A stretch of 64,000 nt of DNA from the human T2T-CHM13v2.0 reference genome, Homo sapiens, in NCBI RefSeq assembly GCF_009914755.1, contig NC_060927.1; one strand, given 5' to 3'. Position numbers and translations under genes: made by a program. Shown here in pieces: positions 49,451-62,635 of this stretch. Each line of letters begins with the position of its first letter. Position 1 is the stretch's first letter. The notes under the pieces were generated by a model. It was given only the letters and a program-made list of their open reading frames with translations. It did no database searches and had not been told where the DNA came from.

Positions 49451-50729
49451 AAAACCCAGGTCCTTTCCCTTCATCTTTGGTACAGCCAATAGAAAATGAA
49501 CAATACTATCTCACGACTTTTCTATTCTCGTCAGCATGGGCCTCTTCCACAAGCACTCCGTTTAAAGTCATTGATCTAAACTTATTCTTTACTGTGCTGC
49601 TCTTTTTACTGTTCACGTCTGCCTTGACACCATTCCCCATTTGGGGTGCCCTTCCTTTGCCATCAGCTAGCTCACATCTGACCCCACTCATCATGAACTG
49701 GCTCACATCTTCTGTCTAGGAAGTTGTCATGAAGGACTTGAATCTTATGGGTCTCTCCTTTTAGGGGATAGAGTGACCCTGCTGTAGTTTTAAAATCTTG
49801 GATTTGAGTACAAGGATCTGGATTCTGCACTATAGCTTTTCCTCTAACTTTAAGACCTTGAGCAAGTTACTTAGATTTTCTGAGGCCCTGTTTTGTAATC
49901 TGTAATGCCAAGATAATTTGTTTACCAGGGATTATTTGCCAGGCTACAGTGGGATGGGGGAATAAATGTGTTTAAATACTGGTAAAAGCATTGTGTAAAT
50001 ATAAGACATCAAAATACGGCACCCACGTTTTGCTTTTTTTTTACATATATAATTCTTACCTCCTTGCTGTATGGTTTTATGTTGCCATTACATTCTTACT
50101 TATGTTATTATGTTTTATTTCTTCAGGTAGATTATAATATCCTTGAAGGTTGGACTTGCCTCGTCTACATTTTGACACTCCCTATCGTAGTTAGCAAAGT
50201 AGTATGCTGCTATTTGGGCTCCGTAAGAATCTTATCATGTTTATTGATGAGGAATTGTGAGTTTGGAAACAATAGTTTAAGGGGATTTTTGGAAGAGGAA
50301 AAAGCACTGGATTGAGCATAACCACTTTACATACAGAGCAGGAGCTACTGAAGTGGCAGATTTTCAGGGTTACTATGGGGAAGTCAAATCTTCTACACTG
50401 CTGGTTAACAGCACCTTAATTATTAGCTGCTTTAGAAATAAGTGCCCTATTGCCCTGTAATTTCATTTCATTAATTATGCTCAGAGGTAGTGGTATCTGA
50501 GGCAAACAACCCTTAGATTTCCACTGCACCTTCATCATAGGCAAATATTTATCATGGATAGGGCTATTAAGTTCTTCATTAAGAACTTTATTAAGTTTAT
50601 TAAAACTTTCTTTCTCACTGAGATTTAAAAAGAGCCATTTAGTAGTGACCTATGAAAATGCAAGTATTATAAAGCAGTAATATAGACTATATATTATTGA
50701 ATAAGAATTTTAGCCTTTTTTTAACAAAT

Positions 50730-50940
50730 GCAGATAATTATTATTATGTGCCAGACATTGTTACAAGAACTTTAAAAATATTAACTACTTTAATTTTTGT
50801 AACTCTTTGCAGTAGCTGTGATCATTATTTCCATTTTATAAATGAAGAAATTGAGGCACAGAGTGTTGTGTAAATTATCTGATGTCACACAGATATGTAA
50901 GTGACTGAGCTCACAAAAGCCAGTCAATTTTGCTGTATAG
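50730..50940 (-). mobile_element. MIR SINE
   Basis: tatgtgccagacattgtt...ccattttataaatgaagaaattgaggcacagag...gtcacacag. Confidence 0.7.
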
Positions 50941-51506
50941 AATGTGATAGAATGTACCCTATTCTATGCTGCATTCTGTTACTACCTGCGTATTTATTTA
51001 TTTGCAGATATGTGCATTCATTGTGATGTTTTTTAATTATTTGGGGACCAATGGCATGTCATATCAAAAAAAAGGAAAGAGACCTACTTTGTGGATTTGC
51101 AAACTTCTATTATTTATCTTTACATTCCTATATTTTCACTTTTCATTGTAAATACATTCAAGAAGATAAGTTGGTAGATGATAAAATATGGATAGATTAG
51201 GAATGCTAGGTAAATAGTTCCAAACTCTTTAATTTGATGCCAAGAGAGCAAGTAATATGAACCTCAACAGTCCATCCTTAGGTGCTTTTGTCAGCCAGCT
51301 TCATAGTCTCATCATAGCTGACTAATAGTTAGTGTCCTTTTTCATTTTGCACATAATCCAGCATTAAAAGCATAAGGTATGAAAGGATGAAAAGATTATG
51401 CCCCACTTTACTTATTCGACTAAATTATTATGCCTTGACCTTTTGACCAAATCAGATTCATCTTCTCTCTCTCTGCACTTCCACCCATTTTAATGCTGCG
51501 GCACAG

Positions 51507-51530
51507 ATTGAATGGATTGGGAGTCTGTGG
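51507..51530 (+). other. Candidate 24-nt microexon
   Basis: CU-rich tract followed by taatgctgcggcacag|ATTGAATGGATTGGGAGTCTGTGG|gtaagt. Confidence 0.5.
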
Positions 51531-52089
51531 GTAAGTAATAAGAACACAGAGAAGAGTGGCCAGCATGATTAAGATTTTATTTGTAGTGTAATTCCATTAT
51601 AATTAACATTATGTAACTGTAGAAATATGGTATTTGCACCTCTTCCTGGCAGATGCTTTTAAGTCAGTGGCAGAGAGGAGATTAAATAGTAAATGAAGAC
51701 CTATTTATTGAAAATTGTTTCTACATCCTGTATTGTTGGATTCATTTGTTTGTTTCACAAACCACAGTTAATTTAGTAAGGAAAATAAGCAATATGTTTA
51801 ACAAACACTCAAAGTAAATTTGTTTGCAGTGCTTTGAAGTACCATAGTTGAACTTTTGATATTAGAAGTAAAGTATTACTGAAAGATCTGCAAATTAAGG
51901 GTGTTTAAATAGTGAAAACAAAATGTTTATTTTTTCCAAAGATTACTAACAGAATTTAAGTAAATGAAAATAATATGGTTTTGCATATGGTTTAAAGCAT
52001 TTCTAGTTACAAGTGATTTTTTTTCAAAAATAAATTGGCCAAATAATTATGTATTTAATTTATATACATTTTGATCAGACTCCTCTAGC

Positions 52090-52418
52090 CAAGGAATTGG
52101 CAATCCATAGCCCACTGGCCAGATTTGTTTCTCTTCTTCTTTTTTGTGTTGCCCCCAACCTAAATGTGGTTTTTACATTTTTAGTAGTGGAAAAAATCAA
52201 AATAATAATAATATTTCATTCACAATAAAATTATATAGCATTTAAATTTCATTGTCCATAAATAAAACTTTATTGGGACACAGTCTCACTCATTTGTTTA
52301 AGTATTGGCTGTTTTTACACTACAACAGTAGAGGTAAGTAGCTCTGAGAGTCTGTATGGCCTGCAAGGCTGAAAGTATATATCATCTGGCCCTTTGTGAA
52401 CAAGTTTGCAGATCTCTC
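52090..52418. mobile_element. MER58B (hAT-Charlie)
   Basis: tttaaatttca.tgtccataaataaa..tttattgg.acacag...ctggccctt...aagtttgc.ga. Confidence 0.8.
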
Positions 52419-53608
52419 TACCTTAGCAAATAAACAAAACATCATCATCAACAGTAATGATAAGACTGTGATAAGGGCTTTATATACATTATTTCTAATG
52501 TATCAAATGATGGTATTATAGACATATTATTATCTTCATTTATAGATCAGAAGACTGAGGGTCTAATGATTAACTAATTTCCTTACTGAGAGCTGAGTTT
52601 TAGTTGGAATATTTATAGCAACTTGTAATATATATGAATGACTATTAGAGTTTAGACTTATTTAAAAACAACATTGTGAGTATTTTGAGAGTGAGATTTT
52701 CTTCTATAACCCAATTAATATTTATTAAATAGGATTGGGTTGATTGATTTGATGGTGGTTATTCTAGAATATGGAAATTTGGACATCTCAGTTAATTTAG
52801 AGCTGCAAACTAAGAGAAAATCAGTGCTTCATTTTGATGATAGATGTCAGAACCACTTTTCTGCATCCATATGGATCTTGTTTGCTTCTGCTGTATATAA
52901 GAATGATTACAAATTGCTCCAACTTTTATTTTGAGGACGCTAATGCATTAGCCTTGTAGAATTGGCCTATAGGGACTTTCTCTGGAATTCCTTGCCATTC
53001 ATTCATTTATTGTAGAAAAAATAAGTTGGCTAAGATGATGGTTGTTCATACTAAGAGTATATTGAACCAGGTCTGTGAAAGGAATTGAGAAGTTATCGAT
53101 GTATTTCATCATTTATCTCATTGGACCACAGTAAATGATTATTGCATTAGGATGTGGTGATAATGGGTTTTGGGTATTATTAAAAAATGATTTCAAAGGA
53201 GGTCCAATATATAATATACTTAGCCTAGCTTTAAGAGTGGTAGCAGAGGGAACCACTGTTTCCACATCAGCTTCCTGAAGTCCAGTGTTAAAAGATTGAT
53301 TAAATGAAATCTGTTAGGTAAAATGCATTTCAGTTCATAAAAGTCATGAGGCTTCTTGAATAGGCCCTTAGAAAAATCAAGACTCTAATTATGCAGTGCT
53401 AAACATTAGAATTACAGCCGAATATTCATATAGTTACGTAAGTATTTGAAAATATCTAATCTAAGACTTCCTTAGATATAGCTGAAAGATAATAGTCTAG
53501 ATAATATCTTGAGGGCAGAGCCTCTGTCTTAAAGTATCTTCATGTTTATATAGTAAATAAATAAGAGTAAGTATTATTATTTTAACTAATATTTACTGAG
53601 AACTATGC

Positions 53609-53849
53609 ACCAGAAATTGTGCTAATTTTTGTAATCAATGCCTCATTTAATTGTCCTAAAACCTGCTGAATAAGTACTAATAATTATTAATAATTTATTC
53701 CAATTTTACAGGGTTTACAGGCCCATATCAAACATTCAGATTAGTTGAGCTTAACAATCAAGTATCTCCAGCTCCAAAGCTTAACACCTTTTCCACTATG
53801 CTGTGTTGTGTAGCGTACTCCAAATGTTTGATGAGTGAATGCATGAGAA
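53609..53849 (+). repeat. Local dispersed duplication, copy 1 (MIR plus adjacent sequence)
   Basis: About 90% identical to 56080-56318 by manual alignment (~25 differences over 241 nt). Confidence 0.95.
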
Positions 53850-54572
53850 TGTGAGGGAGTTATCAGGAAACCATCTTCATCATGGAATTTTAATCTGTTC
53901 TTAACCTAAAGTTTCTCTACTCTGAATGCTGCTACTGTGGTCATCATTATTAAGCTTTATTAGAGATCCCTACTCTATTTACTTGTTTTGAAAAGATACC
54001 ATTTCTGAGCAATCCCAGCTGTGACTTAAGATTGAACAAATCAGCTGTCACCTGTCCTACACAGCAGCGCATTGACAGCACAGGTGTGGTATTTTTGCTC
54101 CAGTTTGGATGGGTTGCCAACGATCAGGTTTTCCAAATGTGATTTGTTTAGATAAAACTAAATATTAATACCACCTCAAGTGCCATAGTGTGTACAACCA
54201 GAAGAGCTCTCATATATACCTTGCGTGATTTTCCCAGCAATACGGTTGTTCAGATAGACAACAAGAAACTTGCAGATAAGAAGAGGGACTCAGAAGGTTT
54301 AGGTGATTTGTCCAAGTATACCAGCTGGAAACTCAAACTTTCTGATTTCAACACCGTGCTGGGCATTGCCTCAATTTGAGAGGGGAAAATTTGGACCCAC
54401 ATAATGGGATTGCACCAGCCTTCCCATGCCCAGTGAAGATAGGATTGTACCAATAATATGGGTTCTTTCCTTTTAGAAACTAACTTAATCACTGGAACCA
54501 TCAAAGCACCCACGGGTACATACAAAAGAACACATGTCATATACCTGTGTCATGAATAATAATGTTATGTGT

Positions 54573-55180
54573 CTGCACTGTTTAATAGAAACATGATGTG
54601 AGGGATGGGTGCGGTGGCTCACATCTGTAATCCCAGCATTTTGGCAGGCTGAGGCAGATGGATTGCTTGAGCCCAGGAGTTCGAGACCAGCATGGGCAAC
54701 ATAGCAAAAACCCTGTCTTTATAAAAAAATACCAAAATTGGCTTGAGCATGGTGGTGCACGCCTCTAGTCCCAGTTACTCAGGAGACTGAGGTGACAGGA
54801 TCACTTGAGCCCAGGGGGTTGAGGCTGCTATGAGCCATGATCATGCCACTGCACTCCAGCCTGGGCGACAAAGCGAGACTCTGTTTCAAAAAAACAAAAC
54901 AAAACAAAAGAAATATGATGTGAATCAAAAATATAATTTAAACTTTTTTGGTATTCACACCAAAAAGTAAAATGAAACAGGTGAAATTTACTTTAATAAA
55001 TCATTTTAGTTAACACAATATGTCAAAAAATATTATCATTCAACTGTACCAATATTAAAACAATTACCAATTAGATACTTTACACTCATTTTTTGCTCTA
55101 AATCTTCAATTCATACTAGCCACATTGCAAATACTCAATAGTCACATCTGGCTAGTGGTGGTTACCAAGTAGGACAGCTT
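54573..55180. mobile_element. MER33 interrupted by an AluJ
   Basis: aatagaaacatgatgtga[Alu]...gaaacaggtgaaattt.ctttaataa...ctagccacatt.caa.tactcaatag.cacat.tggctagtgg. Confidence 0.75.
54603..54908 (+). mobile_element. AluJ
   Basis: gattgcttgagcccaggagttcgagacc; TSD agaaa(c/t)atgatgtga at 54587-54601 and 54909-54923. Confidence 0.92.
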
Positions 55181-56079
55181 GGCTCTGAATAGCATGATAG
55201 TACAGTTGCCATGCTTAGGCATGGAGATGCTCAGAGAAGAGGACTGGGAGGAAATTTCCCTAATCCATCCCCTTAACTCCCCCACATTTTGTCATTCAGA
55301 TGATCTCCTTTTTGTTTAAATGTAAATGTCTTTTTATATTTTTAACCTAACTGGCTATTCATCTCACTGATATTCAATCATCTGATAAAGAGCTTCTATT
55401 CTCAAGAGTTCTCTGAGGAAGCAGTACATCTATGCAAGGAAATACATAAACATGACTCCAGTGATTGGAACAAAATTAGAAGATTTCTGAGGAAAAATTG
55501 CTGCTATAATTTAAGAAATGTACCTTAGCAACATCCAAGGCTCACGAGAATCAAATTGGTTATTTTGGGTTAAAGTCAAATAAAAGCACTTTTTCTTCAC
55601 ATATTTTTCTTTTTGTCATTTATCTAAAACGAATGGTTGATAATGATTAAAATGTAATTTTACTATAGAATGAGAAGAAAAAGCCAGAAAATATTTGAAG
55701 TACTCTTCAATTTATTTAATCAATTATGTCCTGATAAAAATATGCTAATTGCAATTCAGATTGCAAGGATTTTGGTATTTTTTCTTAGCCTTTTAGGTAT
55801 TTATTAACACAATACAACACATTCCTATGAAATTAACATATAGGATTATACCTGAATTATATATTTCTATAAAGAATTTTCCCTAAATGACAAAGCTTAC
55901 CAGAGAGCATTTAAATAACATGTTTTAGATATAGATATATATAGTGCACACATGTACTTTTCTTAAACCTTCGTGAATATGACTCTCTTCTGAGACCTGT
56001 CTGAAATTTTATATTTCCTAAAATGACTTGATCACATCATCATCGTCATCCAATAATAATAATAAAAACAATGACCTGA

Positions 56080-56318
56080 ACCAGAAATTGTGCTTATTTT
56101 TACAGTCAATGCCTCATTTAAATGTCTAAAGCCTGCTAAATAATTAGTATAATTATTAATAATTGATTCCAATTTTACAGGGTTTACAGGGCCATGTAAA
56201 ACATTCAGAGTAGTTGAACTTAACAGTCAAGTATCTCTAGCTGCAAAGCTTAAGATCTTTTCCACTATACTGTGTTGTATAGCATACTCCAAATGTTTGA
56301 TGAGTGAATGCATGAGAA
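56080..56318 (+). repeat. Local dispersed duplication, copy 2
   Basis: Matches 53609-53849 with sharp ends. Confidence 0.95.
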
Positions 56319-57317
56319 CAACTGTTAAGATTTATCAATGCTTATTAATACTAGTACAATGCAAGTTTTTTTAATACTCTTTACATGCCTTATCTCATTT
56401 TATCTTTACAGCAACCCTATTTTGGTAGCTATTCTGACCAATAACAGGCTGTCTAAAAACTATATAGCTAAAAATTGGTATGCTGTTTTTAGTTTTTTAT
56501 AAATATTGCTAAATAACTCCATAGAGTTTGTACTAATGAAGGCACTCACCAAAAATGTATGTGAATGTCTATTACCCCAGGCATTTATCAACAGTGTAAC
56601 ACTTTTGATCTTTGCCAACTCAATAGACGAAAACATTGAGTGAAAATATATTTGTTTTCATTTGCATTTTTTAATTATAATTGAGATCAAGTTTTTTTCT
56701 TAGCTCTTATCACTCTCTACCTCTACATAATGGCTTGATCAAGGGATTAACAAGCTCTAAATGAGATGACTTTATTATGAGTGGGAAGTCATAAGAAAGG
56801 TTGAGTGGAAAGAAGAGACAGAGGAGGTTTTTGACCCAGGAAGACAGATTCTACTTTTATGAATAGTCCCTATTCTCTTCTCTGAAATGAATCGAGCACT
56901 TCTGATAGAAATCTGAGTGCATGCAAAGAAATTGGTTAATGGGGCGCCTGTTAAGAGCAGTCAAACTATTCAAGCATGGCTAGCTGCTGTGGCTGCTATG
57001 ATTATATTTTTAAACTAATGGGGGTCAGACTGAACTGTCTTGAGCTATGACAGTTATTAAACATATACCCACAGAAACCCCAAAGAGAAGCTAATAATTG
57101 ATGGCCTTTTATTTTTACATACCAGATTCTTCACTGATCCCTGTCTGAAATCCACTGTTGACTCTTCACTCAATAAAATCATATGAATATTGAGTATTTT
57201 AATGTCAGTAGATGGCATTCTCCACTGGAAACACACTTCTTAACTCCACCGTATGGCCTCTACATAACCTCTTAAGTGGTCGATCAAGAAGCCTTTGCCT
57301 GTTTTTGTTTTTCGCAG

Positions 57318-57441
57318 TCTTGTGATATATTCTGCATTCTCCGTTAGGGCTATATGCATTGATTAGCATATAGATGGCTATTCTGAACTAGGCCAATACT
57401 ATTCAGCATGTACTACTTAATTTAGGAATAATAGTATTTAT
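57318..57441 (+). other. Candidate 124-nt exon or pseudo-exon
   Basis: cctgtttttgtttttcgcag| acceptor; TAT|gtaagg donor. Confidence 0.35.
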
Positions 57442-58034
57442 GTAAGGATTATTTCCAGTGAACCAGGATAGGCATAGATGGTTTGAGAAATCAAATCTGT
57501 TGAGAATCTTCAGACCGTTTTCTTGGTGCTAATTTCAGTGTCCACCCCCTCACCCCCAATTGAACCGTTTAACAAAGCAGCCGTATAATAGAATCATCCT
57601 AGATCATAGTTATTATCTGTTGCAGGGACATGAAGGTCATCTAGCTTACTCCTCTAATTTTGTGGATGAAGAAGTTCATTATAATAAGTAAAGACTTTTC
57701 TAAGAAAGTCAATGGAAAAGTCGGGACTCCCTAATTTGAGCCCAGTGAATTTTCCTTTCTCAGAATTATCCATGCCCTTTTAAAATACGAAGTGAAATAC
57801 ACAGCAAAAGGTAGAAGAAAATCAAACAAAAAAATCACCTGGAAAATCTACTTTATGCAATTAGTATTGGTAATGCTTCTTCACGATTCCAGCAATGCCA
57901 TATAATTCCTTTCTCTGTTAGGTATCTAGTAATTTTTCCTTGTTTTCAGCTGATAATTTGTCTGGTAGATTCTGAAATGGCAACCTGCCATTTGACAAGA
58001 AAACCAGTAATGGATATGCATTTAAGAAATTTTC

Positions 58035-58321
<287 letters not shown>

Positions 58322-58946
58322 TTACAAACTTCATCAGCTTGTGGAGTTAGTCTCTGCTCATCTCATTTATATACAGAGCTACTTATCTGATTTGACTTTA
58401 TTCCTGACACTGGACCAAGAAATTGTTGATGGGGATTTATGCTGCTGATTCTATTAAGAAAATTCATTAAATGCCCTTTTATGAAACTAGCAGGATTGGG
58501 TACAATACCTAACATTAGGAAAAAGTCAAATAATTTTCTTTAGCATGAGGCAGATGCATTGTTGATTGCCTTTGTCATAAAGAAATTTTATTTGAATCTT
58601 TATCAGCGACTCCAAAATAAGCTTGATCATTTTATGAGTGTGATCGTCACAAAGAGCATATTTCTCTTTTACTTTTTTCTCTTCTCTTTTTCTCTTGTTT
58701 AAGAAGTAGCACCAATTTATTTGCCAGAGGAACATGTGATTGTATTTTCAGTATTTTCTCACTCACAAAAGATTCAAGTTTATGCTAACTGGAGACCAGA
58801 AACTTGTCTTTCTTGTTGCTTGAAGCTTTGACAAAATCTGTTTACTTGCTTTGAACAGTATTGCCCTGAGTTTATTTTTTTGGGGAAAAAAAGGCCATAC
58901 TTGGAAAAATTGAGTTCTTATTTATCTTGGCTTATCTGTTGTATAG

Positions 58947-59010
58947 ATAACATCTGCTGTCTCAGAGCTTACTCAGAACTAACAAAAGAACCAAGTGGCA
59001 GAGAACACCC
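58947..59010 (+). other. Candidate 64-nt exon (an alternative acceptor at 58966 gives 45 nt)
   Basis: ttcttatttatcttggcttatctgttgtatag| acceptor; purine-rich body; CCC|gtaagt donor; one open frame NICCLRAYSELTKEPSGREHP. Confidence 0.5.
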
Positions 59011-60139
59011 GTAAGTTTATACATTTCAGAGACAAAAAGGATTTATTTTTGCCTGTTCTATTTGTCTTTTGACTACAGTTTGAAATGAGTGATTATTGTG
59101 AATAGTTTGAGATGTAATGATGCCAACATTATCAATTTGTACATTTATCAAGGTTATGCATACTAGGATTATGCATGCTATGATAACCTAAAAACTATTT
59201 AGGTTAAGCAGCTTATTAATATCCAAGTTAACTTTGATACAGTTACAAACACAGAACCTCAAATATCTATCCAGGAAAGGAATATCTTAGCCTGTTTTTC
59301 AACATGCTACAGTAAATATTTAATATTTAAAAATTTTGACATTTAACACATTCAGTATCTTTTTATTTTCCTCCCCTTTTTCTAATAATTCCTATAATTG
59401 TTTTTATAAATTTTTGAACTCTTCTCTCTGCTTAAAATAAAATTTCTCCCCAATGCAAATTGTGTTGTCTGTTAACTGTTTAGTAAGAGGAGCTTTGCTA
59501 TCCTATATGATGAACACTTGATTATGTATTTTGATTAATGGTTACTATGCCAACTAGAGAACTAGATTTCAGTAAAATGATCCCACTAGATTGTAAATTT
59601 TGTTAATTTAGAAGTAACAAGAGCATCTAGTATTATGCTTATTCTTGGGCTAATTCATTTCTTTACTATCATTTATTTTATATTAACTCATTTATTTATT
59701 GTTACAATACATCCACTTAACACCCAGGTTTTCAATGGCCACTCTGAAAGAGGCATTGTTCTAAGTGCTGGAATACAAATACGAGGCATTATCTTGCTTC
59801 AGTACACATACAATGTAGTTGAAGGAAAGATTTCAGTAAACTAGTCAAAAAATTTAGTGCAAGTAGAAATGTTATTATAGGAGATACAGCAGTGGGCCAT
59901 CTTAATTCAATGGAGAAGGGTTCAGGAAATTGAGGTTGGTCAAGTTGAGTTTTGAGGGATGTTAAGTAAGTGCTTCTTTAGATATAAGGTACTATAAGTT
60001 GTACACATTATTATGAAAGCACTGTGTAGCAGCAACATAATCATAATCATTATGAAGTTACAGGATAGTCTCATTGGGAGCAGTTGTTAAGTTTACATCC
60101 TCTAGGTCATTGCTAAAACTCGGTAATTTGGCAGGAAGT

Positions 60140-60350
60140 ACGTAGGAGCTGAAGATAGGAGAATCCACTCTGCTGATTAGCAATGAAACCACAGGCCACC
60201 CACTGAACCTCTCTTACTTTACTTCCTTATCTGTGAACTGGGATAATACCATTAGGTGCTCATTTAATGTCATTTAATGCTTGATATAAAGTCTAAATGA
60301 CGTCATGTGTGTGGAAGCATATTGTAAATTGAAAAGCCCTATAAAGTGAA
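60140..60350 (+). mobile_element. MIR SINE containing a perfect CRE palindrome
   Basis: cactgaacctctct...cttccttatctgtgaa.tgggataatac; ATGACGTCAT at 60297-60306. Confidence 0.6.
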
Positions 60351-60599
60351 ACTGACTTTATTCTATACATATTTATTCACACCTGCTGTGTTCAATTCAT
60401 TGAACTACATGTGAAGAGTAAATAGTTTTGTTTTGTTTTAGTCTTCAGGAAGCAGTGAGCATTTTTAAAAGGTCGTTATTGAACCCAGTACTTTTTGTTT
60501 GGAGGCTCAGGAATAATGTTAATTATTTCCCTTGGGAATGCAACACAAGCCATGTCTGTGTCCAAATGGGACATTAAAAAAGCATGTCCTCAAACTATC

Positions 60600-61200
60600 A
60601 TTTTTATTTATTCACTTTAATTTCACTCACTAATACCTATTGGATGTCAGGCTCTGCACTAGACATCAGGATGCCACTCTCATTTGGTGGGCAGTTAAGG
60701 CTGCAGTCACAAATCACACATCATAAAAGAGAGGGAGATAGCAAGGGAGATCACATATCAAGTAGGGAGATAGAATGAGTAGGCAGAAGACGGTTAAGAG
60801 AGATCGTGCCAGAAGAAAGGGTATGAAATGGGAAGGAACATGGCACATTTTAAGAACTGAAACTTCTTCAGTGTAGCTGGACTGCAGAGAGCAAGATGGA
60901 GGATGGTAGAAGATGAGATGGTGGGAATATTTGGCAAAGACCAGACAGTGCAGGGATTTGTAGGCCAATTGAAGAATTTTGGCCTTTTCTCTATGAGTAA
61001 TGGGAAGACAGTGAAGCATCTTAAGAGGGTTGAGGTAAGAGGGACGATCATACTAGCTACTAAAGTTTGTGGAGTCAGTAGTGGTAGGTTGTGGGGAGGT
61101 GGTGGTGAAGATGAAGAGATGTGAATGAAGTAAAATGGTCTTGACTTAGTGGTGGATTGGCTATATAGGAGGGATGAGAGGGAGGCAGAATATCACATTG
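60600..61200 (-). mobile_element. L2 fragment
   Basis: tgtcaggctctgcactagac...gtaggcca.ttgaagaattttgg.cttttctct..gagtaatgggaag.ca.tgaag. Confidence 0.65.
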
Positions 61201-61227
61201 AATTTAAATTTAGAAAGGTTTACTGTA

Positions 61228-61404
61228 AGCTGGGTGTGGTTACTCCTGTTTGTAGTCCCAGAAACTCCAGAGGCTGAAGCAGTAGGATCGCTTGAGGCCA
61301 AGAGTTGAAGCTGCAGTGAGCTATAACCCACCACTGCACTCCAGACTCAGCGACAGAGCAAGACACTGTCTCAAAAACAAAAACAAAAGGAAAAGCGAAA
61401 AGGG
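61228..61404 (+). mobile_element. FRAM (free right Alu monomer)
   Basis: Single right monomer with A-rich tail; TSD agaaaggttta(c/g)tgta at 61212-61227 and 61405-61420. Confidence 0.85.
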
Positions 61405-62635
61405 AGAAAGGTTTAGTGTAAAATCTTTGAGAGTAAAAAGAGAGAGGGATTTCTAAATCTTGGATTGTGCTTATGCCATTTAAAAGCTTTATAATTGTTG
61501 TGCACCTTCTCTAACTTATTTAATATAACCTTCTTGAAGGTTAGATTTCAGGTTTTAAAAAATATTTTATTTCTGGTCTAAAAATTTGGCAGGGATTTTA
61601 AAGAAATGGTAAGTGATAAGAAGGGAGTTGTTTTCATTTAGTTTGTAAGGAATGAATATTGGTATTTTTATGATCTGATGAAATTTATCCTTTAATTTCA
61701 AGTGAGACAGTTTGACTTTCATATGAAGATTAAATAATTAATTTTGCTTACTTCAGATATTCAGATTTAAATTAGCCTATAGGCCATTATTAAAATAGAT
61801 TTACTGTGATAATTTTCTTGCTCATCAGGGTAACTTATTAAACAGATTATAAAATATCATAATAAAATCAGGTCCTCTGTAAATCCAGTGAAGAACGTTT
61901 TTTAACATGACTTGCCATTGAGACGTTTTTATAAAACCAGTGATACCCCTGGAAAGTAATTGACTAAAGAAAAAAAAAAGTCCAGGTTTATTCCTCATTG
62001 TAAAATTCACTTTTTAAATTTGCAGGCTATGAACAATTGAATTTGAGGAATAACGTATTTTGGGATATGTACCATTTTATTTAAATAAGTAAATAATTAT
62101 ATGGTGAAGGAATAATAAATATGTATTATCTTCTAGGAATTGTATAACAGTTTTGATTACTGATTTTGACGGGACTACTTTTCCTTATGAATTATGGAAT
62201 ATATAGCTAAATCTTATATAAACAATATATAATGCAACAGCAATATATTTTCTATTAAACTATAAAATAGTAGGTTAATTTTAACATCAGATTTAGTCCA
62301 AAATTTATTTGCCAATAAAATGAATAATAGAAAATTTTTAATCATAAAATTTCATTTGCTGATGTATAATAAAATTGTAGATTTTTCAAAATAAAAAAAT
62401 CTTAGAAAATATCTTAAATTTGTTATCTGAATTGCTAAATACAATCTTCAATGTATTTAATGCTTTCCCTTCAGCTATTTATTTGGCTTTAAATATTTGG
62501 TGATTTTTAATAAAATGTATGTATTTTGCTATGTTAAAAATCCGAATGTTGCCAAACTGTGCGTTTTGGAACCTAACTTACTCCTGTAAAAATGATTTTA
62601 TGTGTTGTCATTTTTAATTATCAGTTGGCTCTGTG

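Noticed and set aside
49144-49719. Longest ORF (191 aa) and other Alu-overlapping ORFs (7916, 20805, 26780, 35902, 62602)
   Set aside because: Translations of Alu sequence running into flanking DNA; no gene structure.
57350-57373. 8-bp stem hairpin ctatatgc/gcatatag (also tgaggaatt/aattcctca at 35521-35557) as a miRNA or structured RNA
   Set aside because: Stems are too short for a pre-miRNA and expected by chance.
62570-62600. Minus-strand ttttacag|GA|gtaagt
   Set aside because: A 2-nt exon is implausible without data, and it is not a true AG|GT recursive site.
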